A DNA stretch of 38,473 nucleotides, taken from assembly GCA_016926075.1 (NCBI GenBank), contig JAFGPG010000001.1:1-38473 (forward strand), in the 5' to 3' direction. Positions 26,524 through 35,297 of this stretch are shown piece by piece. Under the pieces are notes generated by a model that ran no database searches, was not told the DNA's origin, and was given only the letters and a program-made list of their open reading frames with translations. This stretch comes from Methanomassiliicoccales archaeon. Lineage in GTDB: Archaea; Thermoplasmatota; Thermoplasmata; Methanomassiliicoccales; UBA472. How positions within the stretch are numbered: the first letter of the stretch is position 1; every line of letters begins with the position of its first letter. Both the position numbers and the translations under genes were made by a program.

Positions 26524-28128
26524 CTAGATCTTGTGTTTGGACAGCAGGCGGTCGATGGCCTCCATGGCCGCGTCCACGCTGGTGAGCACGATGTCCGTGC
26601 CGATGCCTTTGCCCACCGACATGACCTTCTGGTCACCGTTCATCCTCAGCTTGACGGTCACCTCGCACAGGGCATCGCTCCCCCCGGTGATGGCGTTGAG
26701 ACGGTATTCCACCAGGGTGATGTTCTCGCTGACCGCGGAGCGTATGGCGTTGAGGGCGGCGTCCACCGGCCCTATTCCCACGTTCGAGGAGCGGGCCAGC
26801 TTCCCGTCCACGTCCACCACCACCGTGGAGGTGGGGGTGATGTTCATGCCGGTGAAGACGGTGAACTCCTTCAGCTCCACGTGGCGCCTCCGTTTCTCCA
26901 CCTGTCCGGCGATGTGCGAGGCCAGGGCCACCAGCTCGGCGTCGTCCACCTCCTTCCCGCTCTCCGCCAGCCGTTTCACCTTCTCTACCACGTCCTCAAG
27001 CTGATGCTCCGGTAGGGTGATGTCATACTCACTCAGCTTCTCCTTGACCGAGTGAGCCCCGGTGTGCTTTCCCATGACGATGTTGCGCTGCATGCCCACC
27101 AGCTCGGGGCTGAAGGCCTCGTAGGTCGAGGGGTCCCTCAGTACCCCGTGCACGTGTATGCCGGACTCGTGGGCGAAGGCGTTGTTGCCCACGATGGCCT
27201 TGTTCTCGGGCACCGGGATGCTTGTCAGACGGGCCACGGTCTTGGAGGTCGTTCCCAGCTTGCGGGTGTCCACGTTCGTGCGCACGTCCAGGAAGGCCAG
27301 TAGCCCCATGACCACCTCCTCAAGGGCGGCATTCCCTGCCCTTTCGCCCAGACCGTTCATGCACACGTGCACCTGTCGCGCCCCCTTGCGAACCGCGGAG
27401 AGGGAGTTGGCGGTGGCCATCCCGAAATCGTCATGGCAATGTATGGACAGAGGGACCTTGGTGACCTGCATGACCTCGGAGACCAGATACTCCATGGCCG
27501 CCGGGGACATGGTGCCCACCGTGTCAGGGAGGTTGATCTTGTGCGCTCCGGCCTCCTGCACAGCCATGTGCATCTCCTTGAGGAAGTCCAGTTCGGTGCG
27601 GGTGCCGTCCTCGCAGGAGAACTCCACGGTGACACCGCGGGAACGGGCGTACTCCACGGCATCCACCGCCTTGGCCTTGACCTCCTCCCTGGTCATCTTG
27701 AGCTTGTGCCTCATGTGCCCCTCGGAGGTGGCGATGAAGGTGTGCACATAGTCCACGCCGTTGTCCACCGCGGAGTCGATGTCCTGCCTCGAGCAGCGGG
27801 CCAGTCCGCACACCTTGGCCTTCAGCCCCAGGGAGCTGATCTTGCGTATGGCCTCCTGCTCGCCTTGTGAGGTGCGGGGGAACCCCGCCTCTATGATGTC
27901 GACCCCCAGCTCGTCCAGCAGCTGGGCTATGCGGACCTTGTCGTCCATGGACAGGGCCACACCAGGGGTCTGCTCGCCGTCCCTCAGCGTCGTGTCGAAG
28001 ATCTCCACCGAGGAGGGGGTGGACAAGTCCCGGGCACAGCTATTGAAATGACTGGTGAATATGCTGTTTCCCTGTTGCCCGCCACGGGCTCTATAGTCCT
28101 GACTGCTCGACGATCGAAGTTCGGTCAC
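26524..28128 (-). CDS. leuA: 2-isopropylmalate synthase / (R)-citramalate synthase family enzyme with C-terminal regulatory domain
   Basis: DTTLRDGEQTPG, PDTVG, HCHDDFGMATAN, GERAGNAALEE, AFAHESGIH, G.GPVDA; GTG 28128 is best spaced from GAGGTG SD (track start 28137); LeuA versus CimA not resolvable by eye. Confidence 0.85.
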   Translation of the reverse strand: MTELRSSSSQDYRARGGQQGNSIFTSHFNSCARDLSTPSSVEIFDTTLRDGEQTPGVALSMDDKVRIAQLLDELGVDIIEAGFPRTSQGEQEAIRKISSLGLKAKVCGLARCSRQDIDSAVDNGVDYVHTFIATSEGHMRHKLKMTREEVKAKAVDAVEYARSRGVTVEFSCEDGTRTELDFLKEMHMAVQEAGAHKINLPDTVGTMSPAAMEYLVSEVMQVTKVPLSIHCHDDFGMATANSLSAVRKGARQVHVCMNGLGERAGNAALEEVVMGLLAFLDVRTNVDTRKLGTTSKTVARLTSIPVPENKAIVGNNAFAHESGIHVHGVLRDPSTYEAFSPELVGMQRNIVMGKHTGAHSVKEKLSEYDITLPEHQLEDVVEKVKRLAESGKEVDDAELVALASHIAGQVEKRRRHVELKEFTVFTGMNITPTSTVVVDVDGKLARSSNVGIGPVDAALNAIRSAVSENITLVEYRLNAITGGSDALCEVTVKLRMNGDQKVMSVGKGIGTDIVLTSVDAAMEAIDRLLSKHKI

Positions 28129-28170
28129 GATAACCACCTCTCACATCCAAGGTCGCGGCGATGAGCTGGT

Positions 28171-28221
28171 TCAAGCTCGCAAAAGACCGTGTCCAACCAC
28201 GATATCTGTGCTCATCGTCAT
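28171..28221 (-). CDS. Putative leu-operon leader peptide (MT)MSTDIVVGHGLLRA
   Basis: 17-codon ORF between TATA and leuA; GAGGT SD at 28222-28226, spaced for second ATG at 28215; Ile-Val-Val and Leu-Leu codons. Confidence 0.55.
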   Translation of the reverse strand: MTMSTDIVVGHGLLRA

Positions 28222-28256
28222 ACCTCGTATGTACGGCTGATGAACAGGAAACGGGG

Positions 28257-28265
28257 TATATAAAA
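28257..28265 (-). promoter_or_regulatory. TATA box of leu operon (TTTTATATA)
   Basis: Consensus archaeal TATA about 130 nt upstream of leuA start, implying a leader of about 110 nt. Confidence 0.7.
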
Positions 28266-28288
28266 TCATTGCTAGGGCCTGACCGACC

Positions 28289-28918
28289 TCAGACCCCCTG
28301 ACGGTCCCCCCATATGAGCTTGTGCAGTTGAGGGAGCACCCTTACCTCCAGCTTCCTGGAGAGGACGAAGGAGACCGCGGGCTCAAGGGAGAGCCCGCCC
28401 AAGGGCGTGAAGATGACCGGGCAGCGGGGGGGATGTGCCCTCAGGACCTGCTCGGCCCTCTCCAAATCCTCCATGTCGGCGACCACGAACTTGAGCTGGT
28501 CCTTCGGTCCGAGCAGTTCCAGGTTCCTGAGCAGCATGCGACCCTCCTCCCCGGAGGAAGGGCACTTGTAATCCATGCTGATCAGGAGCTCGGGATGATC
28601 GGGCAAAACGTCCAGGGGCAGGGAGCCGTTGGTCTCCAGCGTCACGTGGCGTCCATCCTCCAGCAGTGCGGACAGGAGGTGGACCGAATCGGGCTGGCAC
28701 AGAGGCTCGCCTCCCGTGAGGCAGACATGCCGCACCGCCATGGAGCGTACCAGGTCCAGCACCTTGGCCACCGACATCTCCTCGCCTCCCTCCCGGGCCT
28801 GTCTGGTGTCGCACCAGCGACAGTCCAGGTTGCATCCGGACAGACGCACGAACGCCGTGGGCAGCCCCATGGTCCGACCCTCTCCTTGGATGGAGAGGAA
28901 GGCCTCGTGCACGAGCAT
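28289..28918 (-). CDS. queE: 7-carboxy-7-deazaguanine synthase (radical SAM)
   Basis: SIQGEG, RLSGCNLDCRWCDT, LTGGEPL, ETNG, PQLHK. Confidence 0.93.
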   Translation of the reverse strand: MLVHEAFLSIQGEGRTMGLPTAFVRLSGCNLDCRWCDTRQAREGGEEMSVAKVLDLVRSMAVRHVCLTGGEPLCQPDSVHLLSALLEDGRHVTLETNGSLPLDVLPDHPELLISMDYKCPSSGEEGRMLLRNLELLGPKDQLKFVVADMEDLERAEQVLRAHPPRCPVIFTPLGGLSLEPAVSFVLSRKLEVRVLPQLHKLIWGDRQGV

Positions 28919-28919
28919 C

Positions 28920-29588
28920 TCATTCCTCGTAGGGCACAGGGTCTATCAATCCCGCTTCCTTGAACCCTTTCAAGCGAAGCAAGCAGGAGTCGCAGTGCCC
29001 GCAGGCCCTCTCCCCTCCCCGGTAGCAGCTCCAGGTGAGCTCGAACGGAACGTCCATTATCTTGCCCATCTTCACTATGTCCCCCTTGGTCTTGCGCAGG
29101 AGAGGATGTTCCACCCGTATGGGATGCCCCAGGGTGCCCATCTTGGTCCCCACCCTCAGCATCTCCTCGAAGGCCTGGAAGAACTCGGGGCGGCAGTCCG
29201 GGTACCCGCTGTAATCGATGGAGTTGGCACCGATGAACACATTGCTGGCCCCCAGGCTCTCGGCCAATCCGGTCGCTACGCTCAGGAAGATGATGTTGCG
29301 CGCCGGGACATAGGTGTCCGGGATGTCGTACCCGATGTCCTCGACCTTGCGGTCCGGGAGGGGAATGGAAGGGTCGATCAGAGAACTACGGAACTCGGTC
29401 AGGGGCAGCTTCATGACCACGTGCCGGACCCGGTAATGACTGGTCACCGCCTTGGCCGCTTCCAGTTCCCGCTGGTGCCTTTGCCCGTAATCGATGGTCA
29501 GGGCGGTCACCTCATGCCCCTTGCACAGGGCATAGGCCAGGGTCACGGTGGAGTCCAGTCCGCCGGAGAGCAGGCAAATGGCCTTCAT
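28920..29588 (-). CDS. queC: 7-cyano-7-deazaguanine synthase
   Basis: LLSGGLDST, YGQRH, TYVPARN, YSGYPDCRPEF, TWSCY, CGHCDSC.LR. Confidence 0.96.
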   Translation of the reverse strand: MKAICLLSGGLDSTVTLAYALCKGHEVTALTIDYGQRHQRELEAAKAVTSHYRVRHVVMKLPLTEFRSSLIDPSIPLPDRKVEDIGYDIPDTYVPARNIIFLSVATGLAESLGASNVFIGANSIDYSGYPDCRPEFFQAFEEMLRVGTKMGTLGHPIRVEHPLLRKTKGDIVKMGKIMDVPFELTWSCYRGGERACGHCDSCLLRLKGFKEAGLIDPVPYEE

Positions 29589-30067
29589 CTCTTCCCTCCC
29601 AATTTCTTGCTGGCCCAGGCGCTCTGGCCCAGTTCCTCGTGCACCCCCACCTCCACCTCCTTGACGTTGGGAGGGAACTCCATGACGTCAAGTAGCTTGT
29701 CGAGTATGACCTTGCACAGCTCCTCCGCGCTGCTCTCCTCGGTGGGCAGCAGCACCACGTCCTCCTTGGGCAATGCGTATTTCTTGCCGTCGGACTTGAT
29801 GAAGACCTCATCCCCCATGGCCACGATGATCTTCTTGGAGTTGGCGGGGACCAACACCCGATGGTCGAGCCCATCGGCGATGGCCCTCAGCTCCTTTTTC
29901 AGGGGGACGAAGTCCATGACCATACCGTCCTTGCCCACCTCGCCCTGCAGCCTGAGACTGACCACATAGGTATGTCCGTGCAGCCTTCCGCACTTATGGT
30001 GCCCAGCTATGAAGTGGCAGGCGGAAAATCTGATATCGGTGTATTTGCCATCAATCTCCAGTCTCAT
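29585..30067 (-). CDS. queD: 6-carboxy-5,6,7,8-tetrahydropterin synthase
   Basis: FSACHF, CGRLHGHTY, MVMDF, LDH, SSAEEL; ATG 30067 after GGAGG; overlaps queC start. Confidence 0.92.
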   Translation of the reverse strand: MRLEIDGKYTDIRFSACHFIAGHHKCGRLHGHTYVVSLRLQGEVGKDGMVMDFVPLKKELRAIADGLDHRVLVPANSKKIIVAMGDEVFIKSDGKKYALPKEDVVLLPTEESSAEELCKVILDKLLDVMEFPPNVKEVEVGVHEELGQSAWASKKLGGKR

Positions 30068-30114
30068 CTCAATGCCCCTCCCCATATTGTACGTGATACT
30101 CGATAATCGTTTTC

Positions 30115-30867
30115 CTAGCCCGAGAGTGCGGAGGCCAGGGCTATGGAGTCCACATAGCACTTCTTGGCCCGGGAGGTGTCCACGAAGACCCGTTCCAGGT
30201 TCAGTATGGGAGCGCCCATGGACACGCATCCGTCCACGAGGTGCATGGTGCGGAATATGAGGTTGCCAGTGATGCCATCGGGGGCCAGGATGAGGTTCTT
30301 CCTGCGCACTGCCTCCTCTATGAGTATCTGGCAATGTTGGACGGAATATCCCTCCCTCCTACCTCGTTCCTCCAGCTCCATGGCGTCCCTGATGGTGCGG
30401 TCCACTATCGCGTTCCTTCCCATATCCCCCAGGCGGCCTCCGGAAAGCACTCCTACCTCCATCCTCAGGTCTAAGGAGGAGAACAACCGGGAAGAGAGCC
30501 GTATGAACTCCATCTTGTCCTCGACCTCCCACCCCTCGTCCACGCCCACGGGGGCCAGGAAGAACATGCGGCCCCCCTTGGGCTGCATGAGGGCCGCCCG
30601 TAGCAGATGGTCCAGGGAGAACTGCCCTTTGATAGCGGCCATGGTGCTGTTGGCGCTCAGGTCGCCCCTTACCGCAGCGTCTATGCTTCCCGAGGCCAGA
30701 GCGGAGACCATCTCCTCCGGGGACCTGAAGGTGGACACCTTCGCGTAACCTCTGCCCTCAGCGGAACGGGCGTTGCTCCTGACCTTGCCAGTATTCTCCC
30801 CCAGTCCTATGCCCACCCGGGCCTGGTTCTCCCTTGCTCTCTTGAATATCTGCTCGGGGGTAAGCAT
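30115..30867 (-). CDS. mtxX: Methanogenesis marker protein Mmp4/MtxX (phosphotransacetylase-like)
   Basis: IDAAVRG, FFLAPVGVDEG, LSGGRLGD.GR, ILIEEA, APDGITGNLIFRT, FVDTSRA; TATA-like TTATTATA near 30892-30899 supports start 30867. Confidence 0.85.
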   Translation of the reverse strand: MLTPEQIFKRARENQARVGIGLGENTGKVRSNARSAEGRGYAKVSTFRSPEEMVSALASGSIDAAVRGDLSANSTMAAIKGQFSLDHLLRAALMQPKGGRMFFLAPVGVDEGWEVEDKMEFIRLSSRLFSSLDLRMEVGVLSGGRLGDMGRNAIVDRTIRDAMELEERGRREGYSVQHCQILIEEAVRRKNLILAPDGITGNLIFRTMHLVDGCVSMGAPILNLERVFVDTSRAKKCYVDSIALASALSG

Positions 30868-31110
30868 GGAAGGATGATTCCCTCTTGCGCCTATAATAAC
30901 TTCATCGCCACCCCTGGTCACGTGGGCGCCCTTGCCCATCGTGTCGGTGCGTGGTCCATTATTCGCTACGACGCCCTGCGCCCTCATGTTTATCCCGTCC
31001 CAGGGATCGGGATGTTGAGCACGGTGGAGCGAGGGTCCGATCGCGAAGATGATGGCCCAACGGTAGCACGGGCCCCGGTCGAGGGAGTGCGATAGAGAAG
31101 GGATAGCGCA

Positions 31111-32103
31111 TCATAGAGGGGTATCCCCGGCCAGTATCTGGTCCAGCCGGTAATCCTCCATATCCCTTAGTCCCAGCACCATCTCCATCTCCTGGGGCGT
31201 CAGCAGGGGCATGGTAAAATGTGGGCCATCATCAATGGCCAGACGAGGACATGCGGTGCTCACCGCGGCCTGCGCCCTGAAAGGCAGCAAGGAACCTGCC
31301 CCGATCTCGCTGAGCAGCAGCAGATCGGCCTTCCTTCCGGCGGCACGCAACCGCTCCACGCATGCACGTGCCAGTGGCAGGCGTCGCTGTCCTGGCTTGT
31401 CGCACACGATCACCAACCAATCCAAGGCATCCCTGGCCTTGGAAATGGCCGCATAACGCTGTCTGAGCACCTTATCCCGACATTCCTGCACATCGTCGAC
31501 CACCCCCCGATAAGGGTCCAGGGAGAGCACCGGAAGCCCGGTGGCCAGGGATAATGCCAGGGGATGGAAATAACCGCTTCCTAGGAAGATGATCTGGTCG
31601 ACCTTACCTTCCAGCATCTGGGCGGATGTCACGTTACAGCCCAGAACCTGTCCCGCCGCAGCGGTGCGGGCGTCCCCGCGACCGATATGCACCTCCCTCC
31701 CCATCCCCTTCAGCAGGTCCTCCGCCACAGAGAGGAGATGTAGATGCTGGGCGGTGGTCACCAGACCGACGCTGGGGGCCACCCGTTCCATGTTATTCGA
31801 CAGGAGGCCGGCCACATCGAGGTCCATGCGCACCTCCAGGAAGACCGTTGGCAGACCGGTTCTCAGATCCGGGATGGGGGTGTGACCGGCGTGTACCAGC
31901 AGGTCGATCCCTTCGGGGTAATGGAGGTCGCAGGCCCCGTAGCATGGGTCCCCTAGAATGATCACCTCACATCCAGTATCCTTTTCCAGCTTCCGGGCCA
32001 TCTCAATGGCCCTGGTCTTCAAGCCCTCCGGCATCTGAAGTCCGATCACCGAAGCCCCTCGCTTGACGATCTCCTTGATCACCTCTTCGGTCCTGAGCTC
32101 CAT
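31111..32103 (-). CDS. dph2: Diphthamide biosynthesis enzyme Dph2
   Basis: GLQMPEGLK, GDPCYGACD, GQVLGCN, G.FHP, TACPRLAIDD (three Fe-S cysteines); TGATG overlap with upstream gene. Confidence 0.93.
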   Translation of the reverse strand: MELRTEEVIKEIVKRGASVIGLQMPEGLKTRAIEMARKLEKDTGCEVIILGDPCYGACDLHYPEGIDLLVHAGHTPIPDLRTGLPTVFLEVRMDLDVAGLLSNNMERVAPSVGLVTTAQHLHLLSVAEDLLKGMGREVHIGRGDARTAAAGQVLGCNVTSAQMLEGKVDQIIFLGSGYFHPLALSLATGLPVLSLDPYRGVVDDVQECRDKVLRQRYAAISKARDALDWLVIVCDKPGQRRLPLARACVERLRAAGRKADLLLLSEIGAGSLLPFRAQAAVSTACPRLAIDDGPHFTMPLLTPQEMEMVLGLRDMEDYRLDQILAGDTPL

Positions 32104-33386
32104 CACCACCCCTTGCCTTTCTTAACGAGATCGATCATTCTGCATACCTTCTTGTCATTACGCTTCTCCTGCAGCTCCATGTAGAAGGCGCCCAGGGACG
32201 CCATCACCGTGGAGAGCAGGACTATCATCACGGTCACGCCCAGTATGGCCGCCGCCGTCCGTTCGCTGAAGACGGTCGGATAGGAGAAGGGCACCGAGGC
32301 CATGACCGCCGCTGCCAGCCCGCGAGGCATCATGTAGAACAGCCCCATCTGGTCCCGGTCGTCCAGTCCGATGTACCTGTCGGCGAGCACCAAGGAAGCG
32401 AAACGTGCCAACAGAAGTCCGAAGAAGACTATCAGCCCCAGCAATATGTACCAGGGGGTGAAATGGATGGTGGTGATCACCAGTCCAAGATAGACGAAGA
32501 AGAACGTTCGGATCATGAACGATATCTCGTCATGGAAGCGCTTGACCCTCTCCTCAAGGGCATAGTGGTCCTCCCGCCTTCTCAGTATGCGGACGAACTC
32601 CCCCCTGTTGCCCAGGGTCAGTCCGAACACCAGAACTGCTATCGCTCCCCCTCCTGCCCTGTCCACCAGAAGGTTGGTGATGGAGAAAACGATGAGCATG
32701 GCCGCGATGGTGATCATGTAGGAGAAGGGTTGGGCACTGAGCCGCTGCAGCACTCTGGTCCACAGTAACCCGGCGACCACGCCTACCATGGTCGAGACCA
32801 TGAAGGAGACGACCAGCAGGCTCGCTCCCGAGGAAAGGTGCGCCCCTTCCTGGCTCATGAACACGATGAGCGAGGTGGACACCACTATGACCAGCACGTC
32901 GGTGATCGCCGATTCCAGGGTCAGTATCATCTTTATGGTGTTCGAGCAGCGCAGACCGGTAAGGATGGGGATGACTATCGCCCCGCTTGTGCCCCCGACG
33001 ATGGCTCCCAGAAGAAGGCAGACGGATATGTCCCAGTCGGTGAGGAGGGAGCAGATTATCGTGGTGACCAGCATGGATGTCACGAAGGCCATGACCGTTT
33101 GGATGATCGATTTCTTGAAGGAACGCACCACCTCATCGATGTGCAGGTCCAGACCGGCCTGGAACATGATCACCGCCAAGGCGGCGGAGGCCACATAGGG
33201 GGTGACCAGCTCGATGTCATAGGCGATGCTATCGGAGATGAGGCCCAGGGCGCTAGGGCCCAGCACGATGCCCAGGAACATGAGCATCAGGACGTCTGGG
33301 GCCTTGAACCGCCGGAACAGATAGTTCGAGATGAACCCCATGAATATGATGGCGCCGGCGGCCAAGAACAACGTGTCAGCGTCCAA
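32103..33386 (-). CDS. CPA1 cation:proton antiporter (NhaP-type)
   Basis: About 12-13 TM helices; ESAITDV, F.IRTFFFVYLG, MPRGLAAAVMA; TTG start. Confidence 0.88.
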   Translation of the reverse strand: MDADTLFLAAGAIIFMGFISNYLFRRFKAPDVLMLMFLGIVLGPSALGLISDSIAYDIELVTPYVASAALAVIMFQAGLDLHIDEVVRSFKKSIIQTVMAFVTSMLVTTIICSLLTDWDISVCLLLGAIVGGTSGAIVIPILTGLRCSNTIKMILTLESAITDVLVIVVSTSLIVFMSQEGAHLSSGASLLVVSFMVSTMVGVVAGLLWTRVLQRLSAQPFSYMITIAAMLIVFSITNLLVDRAGGGAIAVLVFGLTLGNRGEFVRILRRREDHYALEERVKRFHDEISFMIRTFFFVYLGLVITTIHFTPWYILLGLIVFFGLLLARFASLVLADRYIGLDDRDQMGLFYMMPRGLAAAVMASVPFSYPTVFSERTAAAILGVTVMIVLLSTVMASLGAFYMELQEKRNDKKVCRMIDLVKKGKGW

Positions 33387-33471
33387 ATTCGTTCCTTTGG
33401 TGGATAACCGTTCTGGTAATATAATGCTCGCAAAGAAGGTCGGGAGGAATGAAAGGGATGATTTGGGGTTT

Positions 33472-33987
33472 CTACTTGATCAGCTCGGCGCCCTTCTCCA
33501 CCTCGATGAAGCAGGGAGTGGGCAGTTTGAGCGATGCCTTCCACAGGGCCGTCTTGGCGCTGTTGAAGTTGGAAACGGGTATCCTGATGGTGAGTATGGT
33601 CTGACCGGCATGTACCCGTGCCGCGGTTCCCACGTTCTTGCCGAAGGAATGCCTCATACCGCTGGAGACACGGTCGGCACCTGCCCCGGTGGCCAACTTG
33701 TTCTCTCTCAGCACGTGGTGCGGGTACGTCCTGAATTTGATATGGTAGTTGTTCCCCGGGGTCTTGGACATGACCCTGTTGCAGGCGATACGGGCAGCCT
33801 CCATGGCGGTGTGCCTGATCTGGCAGGTCTCCTTGACCTTGAGGTTGATGGTGATGGGGAAATCGGCATTGGTCATCCCCATATTGAAAGTGTTGATCCT
33901 GAGGGCGGGAACTCCTCCCATGTACTCCCTTCTGGTGAAGGCCTGTCCCGTGACCCTCCTGTACATCCTTGCTGGCTTTCTGGCCAT
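33472..33987 (-). CDS. rpl10e: 50S ribosomal protein uL16 (L10e)
   Basis: MARKPARMYR, EAARI..NR, YPHHVLRENK.ATGAGADRVSSGMR.SFGK, KLP. Confidence 0.97.
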   Translation of the reverse strand: MARKPARMYRRVTGQAFTRREYMGGVPALRINTFNMGMTNADFPITINLKVKETCQIRHTAMEAARIACNRVMSKTPGNNYHIKFRTYPHHVLRENKLATGAGADRVSSGMRHSFGKNVGTAARVHAGQTILTIRIPVSNFNSAKTALWKASLKLPTPCFIEVEKGAELIK

Positions 33988-34134
33988 ATCATTTCACCTT
34001 GTGCATCGTCGTAACGGCGGGATGGCTACATTCATATTTTCGTATATAAGCCTGATGCATGTCCGATGTTACCGACCACCGTTCACCAGAAGAAAAAAGA
34101 TACGTGTTGGGACCCTTTGCGGGACGGTGATCTT

Positions 34135-34593
34135 ATGGGGGTGTGGTATGAGGTCATGGCGGAGGATGGGCTCGACCTTATTGAACCCTTGTGGTCGCAG
34201 CTAAGGCAGATGTACCGGGCCAGATCGACGTATTTCAAGGGATCGCTGGGATCGCTCTCATTCCAGGATTACCGGGAGGGGATGCTGGAGAGGGCGGCCG
34301 GAGGGTTGCTCAGGGTCGAGCTGGCCAGGGACGGGGAGGGACGTCCGGTGGCCTATTGCGTGTCCGTCATCGATCCTAACATGACAGGGGAGGTGGACTC
34401 CGTCTTCGTGGCCGTGGGATATCGGGGCCTCGGCATAGGGACCCGTCTCCTGGAGGGTTCCATGAAATGGATGGACGGATTGGGGGTTCACGTTAGGGTA
34501 ATAAGCGTCATCGTGGGTAACGAAGGCCTGCACGACTACCTCGCTCGCTTCGGTTTCAGGCCCAGGAGCGTGATCCTTGAGCGCCTCCAATGA
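34135..34593 (+). CDS. GNAT family N-acetyltransferase
   Basis: VDSVFV..GYRGLGIGTRLL acetyl-CoA motif, GNE...Y.RFGF; GGTGA SD before ATG 34135. Confidence 0.85.
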   Translation: MGVWYEVMAEDGLDLIEPLWSQLRQMYRARSTYFKGSLGSLSFQDYREGMLERAAGGLLRVELARDGEGRPVAYCVSVIDPNMTGEVDSVFVAVGYRGLGIGTRLLEGSMKWMDGLGVHVRVISVIVGNEGLHDYLARFGFRPRSVILERLQ

Positions 34594-34669
34594 GCCTGGT
34601 GTGGAACAGGGAAGTGGAGCAACATATTAAATGAGTCAGTGTTCATGGCACGCCTCAAGGAGAATCCCA

Positions 34670-35014
34670 TTGAGTAGGAAGAAGGTATCCAACAGCCAGG
34701 TGCGGGGCATCGCCCGTAAGAGGATGGAGGTCCTGGTCCGTATGTCCGAACGAGAGGCGCTGGCCGGAAACATGGACAGGGCTAAGCGGTACATGACATT
34801 GGCCAGGCGTATCTCGATCCGTAACAAGACCCCCATGCCGGACCGGGCCTTGTATTGTCGTAGCTGCTCGGTCCCCCTGATACCAGGCCTGAACTGCCGG
34901 GTACGTCTCAGGGACCGGAGGATAAGTGTGCATTGCCTGGAATGTGATACTATCAAGAGAAGGCCCTATCTTCGGGAGATCAAGGAGAGGAGAGCGTGCC
35001 ACCGAGGACAATGA
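34670..35014 (+). CDS. rnp4: Ribonuclease P protein component 4 (Rpp21)
   Basis: IARKRM..L, AKRY..LARRI, CRSC..PLIPG.NCRVR, CLEC..IKR.PY zinc ribbon; TTG start after AGGAG. Confidence 0.92.
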   Translation: MSRKKVSNSQVRGIARKRMEVLVRMSEREALAGNMDRAKRYMTLARRISIRNKTPMPDRALYCRSCSVPLIPGLNCRVRLRDRRISVHCLECDTIKRRPYLREIKERRACHRGQ

Positions 35015-35292
35015 AGGAGATCAAACGGGTAGGCCATGGGATCAAGGCCAGCGTGCATGTGGGAAAGGAGGGGGTCACCGACACCCTTATCGAGGAGATA
35101 GCCAGGCAGGTCAAGGGACGCAAGGTGGTAAAGATAAGGATATTGCCCAGCGTGGACCAGGAGCGCAGGTTGTTGGCCGAGGAGCTGGCCTCACGTTCCC
35201 GCTCGGTGCTGGTGGAGGTCGTTGGTCATATTGTCCTGCTGTGCGATAGAAGGTACATGGAGGGAAGGGAGGACATCGATCAAAAGGGGTGA
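34996..35292 (+). CDS. YhbY/CRM-domain RNA-binding protein
   Basis: VHVGKEGVT..LIEEI, VVKIRIL, VEVVGH.VLL; follows rnp4 as in many archaea. Confidence 0.88.
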   Translation: MPPRTMKEIKRVGHGIKASVHVGKEGVTDTLIEEIARQVKGRKVVKIRILPSVDQERRLLAEELASRSRSVLVEVVGHIVLLCDRRYMEGREDIDQKG

Positions 35293-35297
35293 TGGAC

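Noticed and set aside
28289-30067. queDCE as a 7-deazaguanine DNA-modification (dpd) island, or under a preQ1 riboswitch
   Set aside because: No dpdA/TGT-like gene or defence context and no preQ1 motif upstream; preQ0 supply for archaeosine is the ordinary explanation
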